Below, in pieces: positions 33,966 to 42,720 of a DNA stretch of 64,000 nucleotides (position 1 is its first letter; each line of letters starts with the position of its first letter). The position numbers were made by a program, and so were the translations under genes. Under the pieces are notes generated by a model. It ran no database searches, was not told the origin of the DNA, and was given only the letters and a program-made list of their open reading frames with translations. The stretch covers positions 53,231-117,230 of the forward strand of contig JAYUOT010000001.1 of the NCBI GenBank assembly GCA_043760705.1, written 5' to 3'. Origin of the DNA: Betaproteobacteria bacterium. Its GTDB lineage: Bacteria; Pseudomonadota; Gammaproteobacteria; Burkholderiales; Burkholderiaceae_E.

Positions 33966-35969
33966 CTAAGCCGCTTGTTTGGCTGCGGAAGCGCTATAAG
34001 TTTTTGCATCCTCAATCACCAGATCTGCAGACACCGAGCCGGTGCGACCGTCTTCGAACTTGACTTGTGTTTCGATGAATTGATTCTTTTTGCCGCTATA
34101 AAGGGCTTCCACAAGGAGCTTGTATTTATCGGCGATGGCCCCCCGGCGTACTTTGCGGGTACGGGTGAGTTCGCCATCATCGGCATCCAGCTCTTTGTGC
34201 AAGATCAGGAAGCGGTGGACCTGGGAGTCGCTCATCATCGGGTCGGTCGCAAGATCGGCGTTAACTTTTTCTACGCAATCTTTGACTAAGTCATAGATTT
34301 CCTTGCGCCCGGCCAGGTCAACATAACCCGCATAGGAAAGATTACGACGTTCTGCGAAGTTGCCACAGGCCTCGAAATCAATATTGATGAAAGTCATGGC
34401 CTTGTCGCGACCGTCGCCAAAAGTAACGGCCTCCTTGATGTAGGGAAAGAATTTGAGTTTATTCTCGATGTATTTGGGCGCGAACATATTGCCGTTGGCC
34501 ATCTTGCCCACATCTTTGGCGCGGTCGATTATTTTAAGATGGCCGTCCTTGTCGAAGTAACCGGCGTCACCCGTGTGGTACCAGCCCTCAGAGTCTTTCA
34601 CCTCAGCGGTGGCGACCGGGTTCTTGTAATACTCGCGCAGCAAACCGGGAGAACGGATCAGAATTTCACCCAGCTCGGAGACTTTGATTTCGACGCCTTT
34701 GACGGCAGGGCCGACGGTGTCGGCCTTGACCTGACCGTTCGGTTGCACGCATACAAATACAGCAGTTTCGGTCGAGCCGTAGAGTTGCTTGAGATTGATG
34801 CCGAGCGAGCGGTAGAAGACAAAGAGGTCCGGGCCAATTGCCTCGCCTGCGGTATAAGCGACGCGGATCTTACTCATCCCCAAGGTGTTACGCAGCGGGC
34901 CGTAAACGAGAATCTTGCCGAGCTTGTACTTTAGGCGGTCCGCCAAACCGACGGAGCGATCACCGTCGAGCAGTCGGCCACCCACGTCGCGCGCAACGTC
35001 CATAAAGTACTTGAACATTTTGCGCTTGAAAGGCGCCGCATCTTCCATGCGGATGGTCACTTGCGTCAGCAGCGCCTCGAGCACGCGCGGTGGTGCAAAG
35101 TAGTAGGTGGGTCCAATCTCGCGCATATCGGAGGAGACGGTATCGGAGGACTCGGGGCAGTTGACCGTGAAGCCGTTGACCAGCCACTGTGAGTAAGAGA
35201 AGATATTTTGACCGATCCAGGCCATGGGGAGATAGGCGAGGATTTCCTCGGTGGGCTGTAGGTCTTCCATCTGACTGGCCACGGACGACATGGAAATCAA
35301 ATTGCGATTGCCGTGAATCACCCCTTTGGGGTGGCCCGTCGTGCCCGAGGTATAGAACATCGCAGCCGTATCGTCGGGTGAGCCTTCGGAAAGTTTTTTC
35401 TCGAAAAATCCGGGCTTGGCTTTGAGAGCTTCGCGGCCCAACTCCACAAGTTTGTCGAAGGACTGCATGCGCGTGTCGGTGTAGCCGCGCAGCCCCCTCG
35501 GGTCGTCAAAGAAGATGTGCTGTAACAGCGGGCACTGGGGGCTGATCTCACGCATCTTGTCGACTTGCTCTTGATCCTCGACCAAGGCAAAGGCAATTTC
35601 TGCGTTTTGAAAGACAAAGACCATCTCCTGGGCGACGGCGTCCTGATACATCGGTACAGGAATACCCCCGAGCGTTTGAATGGCGATCATGGAGGCGTAA
35701 AGGCGCGGGCGGTTTTCCCCAATAAGAGCGAAATTCATGCCGCGCTTAAAGCCTGCGGCGTCCATGCCTGCTGCCAGGGCTTCTACTTGCGACTTTAGCT
35801 CGGCCCAGCTAATCGCTTGCCAGATGCCCAGGTTTTTTTCGCGCAGAGCGGGTGCGCTCGGACGCTCGCTAGCGTGTTTGGCCAATAAGCGAGGGAAGGT
35901 GGTGTCACCCATCTTCGCCACTTCTGCAGCTTGTTCAGCCGTTACCACGCCAAATGCGGCCTGTGTCAT
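33966..35969 (-). CDS. AMP-dependent long-chain-type acyl-CoA synthetase
   Basis: YTSGTTGHPKG AMP-binding motif, YGSTE and TGDAGYFD. The ATG at 35969 has a GGAG 9 nt upstream. The ORF track opens at the GTG at 35984. Confidence 0.85.
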   Translation of the reverse strand: MTQAAFGVVTAEQAAEVAKMGDTTFPRLLAKHASERPSAPALREKNLGIWQAISWAELKSQVEALAAGMDAAGFKRGMNFALIGENRPRLYASMIAIQTLGGIPVPMYQDAVAQEMVFVFQNAEIAFALVEDQEQVDKMREISPQCPLLQHIFFDDPRGLRGYTDTRMQSFDKLVELGREALKAKPGFFEKKLSEGSPDDTAAMFYTSGTTGHPKGVIHGNRNLISMSSVASQMEDLQPTEEILAYLPMAWIGQNIFSYSQWLVNGFTVNCPESSDTVSSDMREIGPTYYFAPPRVLEALLTQVTIRMEDAAPFKRKMFKYFMDVARDVGGRLLDGDRSVGLADRLKYKLGKILVYGPLRNTLGMSKIRVAYTAGEAIGPDLFVFYRSLGINLKQLYGSTETAVFVCVQPNGQVKADTVGPAVKGVEIKVSELGEILIRSPGLLREYYKNPVATAEVKDSEGWYHTGDAGYFDKDGHLKIIDRAKDVGKMANGNMFAPKYIENKLKFFPYIKEAVTFGDGRDKAMTFINIDFEACGNFAERRNLSYAGYVDLAGRKEIYDLVKDCVEKVNADLATDPMMSDSQVHRFLILHKELDADDGELTRTRKVRRGAIADKYKLLVEALYSGKKNQFIETQVKFEDGRTGSVSADLVIEDAKTYSASAAKQAA

Positions 35970-36200
35970 TGTCTCGCTCTCCACCAGTCAACTGGGTTTA
36001 ATGGGTCTTCTAAAATTTTAGCCCAAGCATTTTTTGAAACACTAGCTTTGTAGGCTTACAAGAAGCTGACCTCGAGATTTTATGGTGTTTTTGTTGTGCT
36101 CGTGGCAGGCAATTTTAACCAAGCTTATCTTTGAAGTTGTCAGTTGAGCGACAATTGCAGATTCTTTTTTGACATTTCGTCGGTACGTTCATTCTTGACT

Positions 36201-36878
36201 ATGCGATCACTCCAGCAATTCCTCAATACAGCACCCTGGATGCGTTCGCTTGATGCAGCGCAGCAAGCACGAGTGAGTAGCGATATTCTGGTCCGTGACT
36301 TCGATGCCAATGCGCTGGTCTGTAGAAAAAACGAGGAAGTGCTTTATTGGGTCGGAGTGATTGATGGGCTGGTCAAAATCTCCAGCGTCTCCCTGGAGGG
36401 CAAGCCGGTGAGTTTTACAGGCGTACCGACCGGGGGTTGGTTGGGCGAGGGCTCTTTGTTGAAAGACGAGCCGCGCCGCTATGACGTGGTTGCTCTTCGT
36501 GAGACCCGCATCGCCTTCATGCCCAAAAACACCTTTAATTATCTGTTGGCCAGCGGGATTGCCTTCAATCGCTTCTTGCTGGAGCAAATCAACGAGCGAC
36601 TCGGCCAATTTATTGGCACGGTGGAGTTTGATCGTCTGCTCGGGCCTAACGCCCGCTTAGCGCGTTGCGTTGCGCAATTGTTCAACCCGCTCTTGTATCC
36701 TGGGCAAGGCAACCGTCTCGAGATATCTCAAGTCGAACTGGGGTATCTCACAGGACTGTCGCGCCAACGGACCAATCAAGCCCTGCAGGTCTTACAGGAT
36801 GCGGGCTTACTAAGAGTAGATTACGGCTTGATTGATGTCCTGGATTTAGAGGCCTTGCGCCGTTTCGAAGCGGGGTAG
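36201..36878 (+). CDS. Crp/Fnr family transcriptional regulator
   Basis: A cNMP-binding-like beta-roll, then a C-terminal HTH (ISQVELGYLTGLSRQRTNQALQVL). The ORF opens at the TTG at 36144. Confidence 0.8.
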   Translation: MRSLQQFLNTAPWMRSLDAAQQARVSSDILVRDFDANALVCRKNEEVLYWVGVIDGLVKISSVSLEGKPVSFTGVPTGGWLGEGSLLKDEPRRYDVVALRETRIAFMPKNTFNYLLASGIAFNRFLLEQINERLGQFIGTVEFDRLLGPNARLARCVAQLFNPLLYPGQGNRLEISQVELGYLTGLSRQRTNQALQVLQDAGLLRVDYGLIDVLDLEALRRFEAG

Positions 36879-36909
36879 AGCTCATCACGCTCGGAGGGTA
36901 GCGCTGGTT

Positions 36910-37761
36910 CTATAGCTCCGGCGCTTGCAGAGCCGGGTCAGGGCGCCTGGAACGAGGGAACCATGCGAAGCGGGCCTTAGGAAAGCAATAGTTGATCAAG
37001 GGCACCGCGAAGCTGGCAAAGAAAAGCATCACGATCAGGCCCTGCGGACGATACAAAATCCATTGCCAGACAAAGGCCGCAAGTGCTACAAATGCCGCGT
37101 AAACGAGGCGCGCGACCCGGTGTTGAGGGGTCGTCATGGGGTCGGAAATCATGAAGAAAGCGAACAGCAGGACGGTACCGTTACTGATTTGTTGACGCCA
37201 CATGCTCAGGGCGACTTCGGCCTCGTACTCTAGCCACCAAAGGCGGGCAGCGAGCAGGCAGGACCAACTCACGAGAAAGCTGAGGCTCACGTCCCATCGG
37301 GAGATGCGTTGCGTCACCAAGCCGCCCAGAGCAAAAATCCACAGCGCGGCCAGGCTTTCAGATCCCCATTGGCCGGGGCTTAGCCAAGCGCCTGGCATCC
37401 ATGCCCAAGCGGCGAAGGCGGCGCAATTCGCCGGATTGAGAACGTGGCTGCGACTGTCTGGCGGACCGGCTCGAAACAAGTACTTGCTGCTCATGGCCAG
37501 CGCGGCGAGAACTGGATGCACCCAAAGATTTTCTGCGCGGACGAGAATCGCGATACCTAAACTTGAAACCAGTGCACTGAGATAGCCCTGCCATGAGTTC
37601 TTGGTGGGGAGGGCCAGTCCGTGCTGCCAAATCGCTTGGGTAAAAAGGGCCGCTAGAAACGTGAGCGCGACCTGGGTCGGGCTCAGAGCAAAGTCGCGGG
37701 CCCAGGCGCCAAACACCAACAGGCTGGTGAGGAAGGCGATTTGGAACCAGCGGGCGTCCAT
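36910..37761 (-). CDS. RnfD/NqrB-like polytopic membrane protein (short form)
   Basis: HVLNPANCAAFA and FFMISDPMTTP resemble the conserved motifs of the NqrB/RnfD family. About 8 hydrophobic segments. Confidence 0.55.
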   Translation of the reverse strand: MDARWFQIAFLTSLLVFGAWARDFALSPTQVALTFLAALFTQAIWQHGLALPTKNSWQGYLSALVSSLGIAILVRAENLWVHPVLAALAMSSKYLFRAGPPDSRSHVLNPANCAAFAAWAWMPGAWLSPGQWGSESLAALWIFALGGLVTQRISRWDVSLSFLVSWSCLLAARLWWLEYEAEVALSMWRQQISNGTVLLFAFFMISDPMTTPQHRVARLVYAAFVALAAFVWQWILYRPQGLIVMLFFASFAVPLINYCFPKARFAWFPRSRRPDPALQAPEL

Positions 37762-37773
37762 ACCCTACGCTGA

Positions 37774-39498
37774 CTAACGAAGCGCGCCGGGCATCTTGTC
37801 GATCTCCGCTAAACCCCAGCCGGTCAGTCGACTCAGGGTTTGCTTTTCCTGATCCAGGCGCTCAGGCAATTCGGACGCGTAGTAGCGCTGCACACGGTCT
37901 AGAGTCAGCCGTTTCGCATTGCCACAGGCAACGGTGCATTCGCTCAGCAGGGCTTCGCGGTTGCGACCACTGAAGGGGCCCGTAGCGGTTTGCCAGTTGC
38001 TGTGATCGCCAACCAAAGTTTTGACGCGGCTGGAGCAATAGGCCTCGCAACTATTGCCTGTAAGCTTGGCAATGCATTGCTCAGAAGAGCCACTATACGG
38101 GTTTTGAATTACATATCGGGTTTGCCAGTTCTGGCGGTCTTGAGTTTGGGTAAACATCAAGTCTTCCGGAAAGCTGTTGGGGGTGTAGCGCACATGCATT
38201 CGTGTCACCATGGCGGGCCGAGCGTCGCCGCCAGGACTGGGCCTTGGCATGACTGGCCTAAGTGAGGGGCGGCTTGCGATGGCGGGCTGACTTCCTGAGG
38301 CAGGCTGACTTCCTGAGGCAGGCTGACTTCCCAACATTTGAGCAAAGCCTTCATCGGCATTGCCATTCACCCAGAAGACGCCCGCGTTGCGAAGCTCTTG
38401 GGGGCTCAGAGGGTTGTCTGCACAGGGGTCGCACCAGGACATATCCCAGAAGTATTCAGTGAATACCACCCTATGGTCTTCCTTGGTCGCGGCATTCTCA
38501 AACATCGCCTTATAAAAATCGGCGAACTTGGGCTTGATAAAGGGTGGGAGATTCTGGTTGGCGGGCAGTTTGACGGTGCGGTAATTGCTGCTTTCTACGC
38601 GCCCATGACGAGTCAGCATATAAATGATCAGGTCTTGCGGCTTGTCGGGCGCCGCATTGATCATGCCTAGTCGAATGGGCAGCATGAATTTTTCACTTTC
38701 GAAAGCAAACTGCAAGGGTCGCAAATAGGTGTAGCCGGTTTTTTCCTGTTCCTTGAGATTAACCTTGGCGACAAAAAATTTCATGCCCTGGTTGATATAG
38801 GGTTTGAAGGCCGCACTAGCGCCTTTAGGAATCTTGTAGCCGTTCTCGCGTAACCAAATTTCCAGGCCGCCCGATTGTTTCGCGGAAAGGCTGACAATGT
38901 CATATTCCTCGAGGGTGTACTTGGCCTCGACGGTGACTCCTAAAGCCTTGGAGCGCTCGGCGGATATGGCTTTGGAGGCTGGCGCCGCAGCGGGCGATGG
39001 AACTAGGGGCCCTCTGCGACGCAAGTCTTCTCCCCAGTGAAAATTAAACGTACAAGGATCGTTGTCGAAATATTCGGCCAGCCTGGGGCTGGAATACGCA
39101 TCAATGCGCTCGAAACTGAGTTTTTCAGCGATGCGAACCTGACCCTGTTTCAGTGCGACCGGCGTCGGAATAATCAGTGCAAACTCTTTGAGTGGGCCTT
39201 TGTAGTCGTTCAATAATGAAAGCACCGTCCGATTGCCATCGCGGGCCATAATCACTTTGCTGGCTTCGTTAAAGAGTGAAGCGTCCGCCTTGCCCGCGAA
39301 GAAACCGCAGAACGCTTGCGCGGGCAGGCTAGCGAGAAGGCCTACGAACAGGCTAGCAACGCTGAGCAAACTGTTGCGCCATAAGGCGCCGCGGGTGAGT
39401 CCGGCGCGAAATCGGAAGGGACTGGGCCGGGTGGCACTGAGCAGGGTGGTGCTGGGCAGGGTGGTGACGAGCAAGCCGTCAAGGAATAGGTGTCGCAT
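37774..39498 (-). CDS. Secreted DUF2330-like protein
   Basis: Long signal region, then AQAFCGFFAGK...ALIIPTPV. This resembles the DUF2330 family as I recall it. A low-complexity linker carries SQPASG repeats. Confidence 0.5.
   Translation of the reverse strand: MRHLFLDGLLVTTLPSTTLLSATRPSPFRFRAGLTRGALWRNSLLSVASLFVGLLASLPAQAFCGFFAGKADASLFNEASKVIMARDGNRTVLSLLNDYKGPLKEFALIIPTPVALKQGQVRIAEKLSFERIDAYSSPRLAEYFDNDPCTFNFHWGEDLRRRGPLVPSPAAAPASKAISAERSKALGVTVEAKYTLEEYDIVSLSAKQSGGLEIWLRENGYKIPKGASAAFKPYINQGMKFFVAKVNLKEQEKTGYTYLRPLQFAFESEKFMLPIRLGMINAAPDKPQDLIIYMLTRHGRVESSNYRTVKLPANQNLPPFIKPKFADFYKAMFENAATKEDHRVVFTEYFWDMSWCDPCADNPLSPQELRNAGVFWVNGNADEGFAQMLGSQPASGSQPASGSQPAIASRPSLRPVMPRPSPGGDARPAMVTRMHVRYTPNSFPEDLMFTQTQDRQNWQTRYVIQNPYSGSSEQCIAKLTGNSCEAYCSSRVKTLVGDHSNWQTATGPFSGRNREALLSECTVACGNAKRLTLDRVQRYYASELPERLDQEKQTLSRLTGWGLAEIDKMPGALR
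38285..38331. repeat. 18-bp in-frame tandem repeat, 2.6 copies (encodes (SQPASG)n)
   Basis: ggctgacttcctgaggca repeated perfectly at 38285-38302 and 38303-38320, with a partial copy at 38321-38331. Confidence 0.95.
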
Positions 39499-39667
39499 CG
39501 TCGAGATCCTGGATGACTTGGAGTGGAGGGATGAAAGCCTGGATGCCTATTGAGTCTAGCCAGATAGCGCGCCATGACCTTGGGTTTTCCCTAGTGAGTT
39601 GTAACTCTTTGCAAGTGAAGCGGGCGAATGGCGATGATGATTTCGCATCAACGCAGACCCTGTCGGC

Positions 39668-40171
39668 TTACAGACCGAGCATTTTTGCGAGGGGGCCGAA
39701 CAGGGCCTTCCACCAGCCATTCGGTACCCACATCAAGGCACTGGTCATCACTGCGTAGCGGATCACCCGCCCTAAGGCGATCCAGGCCAGGCAAGACCAA
39801 AAATGCAGCTTCAGCCATCCCGCCATGGCGCACATCGGATCGCCAATAGCGGGTAGGAAAGAAAACAGCAAGGCCTTGGGCCCAAGTTTTTCGAACCAAA
39901 GCAAGTAGCGCGTTTGCTTGTCTTTTGCGACCGCTTCTTTGGCGCCATAGCCCATCCAATAATTGATCACTCCTCCTAAGGTATTGCCGAGTGCCGCAAC
40001 AAGAATAGCGATCCAAAACTGGTCCGGGTTCAGTTTGACGAAGCCAAAGACGGCGGGCTCAGAGGCCAAGGGCAACAAGGTCGCGGAGATCAAGGCAACC
40101 ACAAAGACCGAGCTCAAGCCGTTTTTCGGCAGTGCAAACCAGTCGATCAGTTGAGCTAAGAGTTCTTCCAT
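39668..40171 (-). CDS. YqaA/DedA-family inner-membrane protein
   Basis: About 167 aa; ...LLPLASEPAVFGF...GNTLGGVINYWMG is typical of the YqaA subfamily. Confidence 0.7.
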   Translation of the reverse strand: MEELLAQLIDWFALPKNGLSSVFVVALISATLLPLASEPAVFGFVKLNPDQFWIAILVAALGNTLGGVINYWMGYGAKEAVAKDKQTRYLLWFEKLGPKALLFSFLPAIGDPMCAMAGWLKLHFWSCLAWIALGRVIRYAVMTSALMWVPNGWWKALFGPLAKMLGL

Positions 40172-40209
40172 GAATGGGGTCTTGGTGCTACGACAGCTAG
40201 AATCCTGAC

Positions 40210-41724
40210 ATGGCTATCGATTATCTAAAAAAAATCCTCAATGCAAAAGTTTATGAGGTGGCGCAAGAAACTCCCTTGGAGCTCGCACCTTTGCTTTCAG
40301 CACGCCTGAAGAATGATATTTATTTCAAGCGTGAAGACTTGCAGCAGGTGTTTTCCTTCAAGTTGCGTGGAGCTTACAACAAGATGGCCCAGCTCACAGC
40401 GGCTCAACGCGCCAAGGGTGTGATCGCAGCCTCGGCAGGAAACCATGCACAGGGCGTGGCGCTAGCCGCACAAAGAATGAAATGCCAGGCCGTGATTGTC
40501 ATGCCGGTCACTACGCCCCAGGTGAAAGTCGACGCGGTCAAGGCCCGGGGGGCCGAAGTGGTGTTGCATGGCGAGTCGTATAGTGATGCCTATGCTCAGG
40601 CCCTCACGCTGCAAAAAAAGCAAGGTTTGAGCTTCGTGCATCCTTTTGACGACCCTGATGTGATTGCTGGACAAGGCACGATTGGCATGGAGATTTTGCG
40701 CCAACATCAAGGGCCGATCCACGCGATTTTTGTGGCGATTGGTGGCGGCGGGCTGATCTCTGGCATCGCTGCTTTTGTGAAACAAGTGCGACCAGAAATT
40801 AAAATCATCGGTGTGCAAACCGTCGACTCGGACGCCATGGCCCGCTCGATCAAGGCCGGCCGCCGCGTTGAGCTCAAGGACGTTGGTCTGTTCGCCGACG
40901 GCACCGCGGTGAAGAAAGTCGGGGTGGAGACTTTTCGTCTCACCAAGAAGTATGTCGATGAAATACTGCTCGTCGATACCGATGCAACTTGTGCGGCGAT
41001 TAAGGATGTATTTCAGGATACCCGTTCTATCCTGGAGCCTTCGGGCGCGTTGGCCATTGCGGGCGCCAAGCGCTATGTTGAGCGAACTGGCATCAAGGGG
41101 CAAACCCTGGTGGCCATCGCCTGTGGTGCCAATATGAACTTTGATCGGCTGCGTTTTGTCTCTGAGCGTGCCGAGATCGGTGAGCAAAGAGAGGCCGTCT
41201 TCGCGGTGACCATTCCCGAACAGCCGGGCAGTTTTCGACGCTTTTGCGAATTGGTCGGGCCGCGCAACGTCACGGAATTTAATTACCGAATCAGCGACGC
41301 CAAGGTCGCCCATGTTTTTGTGGGGCTTCAAATTTCAAAAAGCTCGGAGGTAACGCGCATTGCCAAGGCCTTCACTCGGGCAGGTTTTGCCACACTTGAC
41401 TTGACCGACGATGAGCTTGCCAAATTACACGTGCGTCATTTGGTGGGTGGGCGCTCACCTCTGGCAAAGAATGAACGGCTTTATCGCTTCCAGTTTCCTG
41501 AGCGTCCAGGTGCGCTGATGCGCTTTTTGACCCGCATGAGCCCCTCATGGAACATCTCGTTGTTCCACTATCGTAATCATGGCGCCGATTACGGCCGGAT
41601 TTTGGTCGGTTTACAGGTGCCGACTGAAGAAAAACCAAGGCTTGCCGCCTTTCTGGCGGAGTTGGACTATCCCTATATTGACGAGAGCCAGCATCCGGCG
41701 TACAAGATGTTTTTATCGGCTTAG
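40210..41724 (+). CDS. ilvA: Biosynthetic threonine ammonia-lyase (threonine dehydratase)
   Basis: PLP-lysine motif FSFKLRGAYN, SAGNHAQG, and two C-terminal ACT-like regulatory repeats; 504 aa. Confidence 0.92.
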   Translation: MAIDYLKKILNAKVYEVAQETPLELAPLLSARLKNDIYFKREDLQQVFSFKLRGAYNKMAQLTAAQRAKGVIAASAGNHAQGVALAAQRMKCQAVIVMPVTTPQVKVDAVKARGAEVVLHGESYSDAYAQALTLQKKQGLSFVHPFDDPDVIAGQGTIGMEILRQHQGPIHAIFVAIGGGGLISGIAAFVKQVRPEIKIIGVQTVDSDAMARSIKAGRRVELKDVGLFADGTAVKKVGVETFRLTKKYVDEILLVDTDATCAAIKDVFQDTRSILEPSGALAIAGAKRYVERTGIKGQTLVAIACGANMNFDRLRFVSERAEIGEQREAVFAVTIPEQPGSFRRFCELVGPRNVTEFNYRISDAKVAHVFVGLQISKSSEVTRIAKAFTRAGFATLDLTDDELAKLHVRHLVGGRSPLAKNERLYRFQFPERPGALMRFLTRMSPSWNISLFHYRNHGADYGRILVGLQVPTEEKPRLAAFLAELDYPYIDESQHPAYKMFLSA

Positions 41725-42000
41725 GGCGCAAGCACATCGCCTAGGGGCAGATCGATTCGCTTGCGTGGAATCGCTTCAGTACCGGCCCACTTAACGGGAC
41801 GCTAGGACAAGGCGCAAGGTGCTGCCCTACCTCTATTGCGTGCGCAACACCCAAAATGATGGGAAAATTGTGTCTTAAGCGTTAAATATAGTCTCATCCC
41901 GCCTTTTTTGCGTATTTTGCGCGCCGCATCATTTGGCCTGGATGGTACATTCGGGCGCCTTAATCCGCACTTTCTCGTCAACACTTGTGAATAACCGACT

Positions 42001-42720
42001 ATGATCGCTCGCATTGCTTTAGTAGAAGACGATGTCACCCAACGCCAAGCAGCCATGCTGCAATTGGAAGAAGCGGGGATGATGGTGAAACCCTTCGGGA
42101 CACCCAAGGAGTTTTTCTTCGCCTTGGAGCGTGAAAGCTTCGATTTGGCGATTCTAGATTGGGGTTTGCCCGAAATGAGTGGCCCGGAAGTGCTCGCCAA
42201 GATGCGTGCCAGCGGGAATACACTGCCCGTATTGTTCGTGACGGCCCGTGACGCTGAAGAAGATGTGGTTCGTGCCCTCGATACCGGCGCTGACGATTAC
42301 TTAGTCAAGCCGCTACGGGGTAAAGAGCTGGTGGCCAGAATCATGGCCGTATTAAGGCGTTCCAACCCGGGTGCGGCGGAATCTCGCTATTTTGAATTTG
42401 ATCGCTTTAAATTCGATTTGAAAGGCATGATTTTGATCGATGATTCGCTCGTCGAAGCCCAGCAAGAAATCGAGTTAACCCATAAAGAATTCAATTTAGC
42501 TCTGATTTTCCTGAGAAATGTGGGCAAGCCACTATCGCGTAGTCACATTCGCGAAGCCGTTTGGGGTCGTGGCAGTGAAGTTCCCTCTCGCACCATGGAT
42601 ACGCATGTGTCGCGAGTCCGTACCAAGCTCCGGTTGCGCCCAGAGGCTGGCTACTTATTAGCGCCTGTTTACAGCTATGGCTACCGTCTTGAGCATGTCA
42701 CGGTCGAACAAGCCGCATAA
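42001..42720 (+). CDS. OmpR/PhoB-type response regulator
   Basis: Receiver (ALVEDD, LAILDWGLPEMSG, ADDYLVKP) plus a winged-helix output (LTHKEFNLALIF, MDTHVSRVRTKL). Confidence 0.9.
   Translation: MIARIALVEDDVTQRQAAMLQLEEAGMMVKPFGTPKEFFFALERESFDLAILDWGLPEMSGPEVLAKMRASGNTLPVLFVTARDAEEDVVRALDTGADDYLVKPLRGKELVARIMAVLRRSNPGAAESRYFEFDRFKFDLKGMILIDDSLVEAQQEIELTHKEFNLALIFLRNVGKPLSRSHIREAVWGRGSEVPSRTMDTHVSRVRTKLRLRPEAGYLLAPVYSYGYRLEHVTVEQAA

Noticed and set aside
16297-38331. Tandem repeats (20 bp at 16297, 15 bp at 23533, 18 bp at 38285) considered as CRISPR or VNTR arrays
   Set aside because: Each has at most 2.6 directly abutting copies with no spacers, lies inside coding sequence and has no cas genes nearby. 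They are slippage-type duplications, not CRISPR.
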